Under the pieces are notes generated by a model that was given only the letters and a program-made list of their open reading frames with translations, was not told where the DNA came from and did not search any database. Shown piece by piece: positions 63,772 to 64,000 of a stretch of DNA of 64,000 bases (the first letter of the stretch is position 1; each line of letters begins with the position of its first letter). Both the position numbers and the translations under genes were made by a program. This DNA comes from an uncultured bacterium (GTDB lineage: Bacteria; Armatimonadota; UBA5829; DTJY01): NCBI GenBank assembly GCA_964466715.1, contig CAYXOC010000003.1, positions 11,106-75,105 of the forward strand, written 5' to 3'.

Positions 63772-64000
63772 ATGAGACGTCTGATAACCGTACTTGCCAT
63801 TGCAGTGTGCGCGCTGCCTTGTGCGGCCGCCGATGAGTCGAATTGGAGCGCGCTGGAGAAGCAGTTCCGAGAGATGCCGATGGAGGCGCGGAGGCTCACC
63901 GGCCCGCTCTTCTGGCTCCACGGCGACGACAACGAGACCAAGGAGCGGCTGGAGATGTACCTCGGCAAGGTCGCGGAGGGACACAACGGCAGCTTCTGCG
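63772..64000 (+). CDS. secreted hypothetical protein, 5' fragment (runs off the window)
   Basis: ATG at 63772 after GAGAGGA, open to the window end (not in the ORF track because there is no stop). Signal peptide MRRLITVLAIAVCALPCAAA, then ...PLFWLHGDDNETKERLEMYL. Confidence 0.5.
   Translation, partial: MRRLITVLAIAVCALPCAAADESNWSALEKQFREMPMEARRLTGPLFWLHGDDNETKERLEMYLGKVAEGHNGSFC

Overview
GC-rich bacterial chromosomal window. I found no rRNA, tRNA, CRISPR array, transposase or integrase. All family calls come from motif recognition by eye, since no searches could be run. Left to right: a TIM-barrel sugar-phosphate isomerase; a lipoprotein and RadC; a DUF4870 membrane protein, GAF histidine kinase and receiver-only response regulator; a WYL-domain regulator coupled to a secreted C39-like cysteine peptidase; rpsT; an SbcD/SbcC-like pair; a second TIM-barrel isomerase coupled to a lipoprotein. 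Next is a minus-strand ribosome/SRP cluster in Firmicutes/Terrabacteria-like order: ftsY, then ffh-rpsP-KH(ylqC)-ylqD-rimM-trmD-rplS-lepB-lepB-rnhB-yraN. This is followed by a gmd/rmd-like SDR pair, a LysE exporter, a nikR-nikMNQO nickel ECF operon and a heparinase II/III-like lyase. A ~27 kb minus-strand Wzx/Wzy-type polysaccharide locus then runs 32569-59351. It holds a priming sugar transferase, 7 GT4 and 3 GT2 enzymes, a Wzy-like polymerase, 2 flippases, a deacetylase, an acetyltransferase, an epimerase, 2 radical SAM/SPASM enzymes, Wzc and Wza. A 1261-aa GH2 hydrolase follows. Several canonical sigma70-type promoters (TTGACA-17/18-TATACT) and stem-loop terminators are readable. The observations most worth follow-up are an orphan ~180-nt structured RNA gene with its own promoter and terminator (14314-14530); tandem radical SAM/SPASM genes and an opposite-strand cyanophycin-synthetase-N-domain-like gene inside the polysaccharide locus; an in-frame 198-bp repeat tract inside the GH2 gene; a MITE-like element with terminal inverted repeats and a 10-bp flanking duplication (63489-63650); REP-like palindromes; and microsatellite-like repeats at gene 3' ends. 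I see no clear-cut novel multi-gene system such as a defence island. The candidates above are hypotheses that need database and experimental checks.
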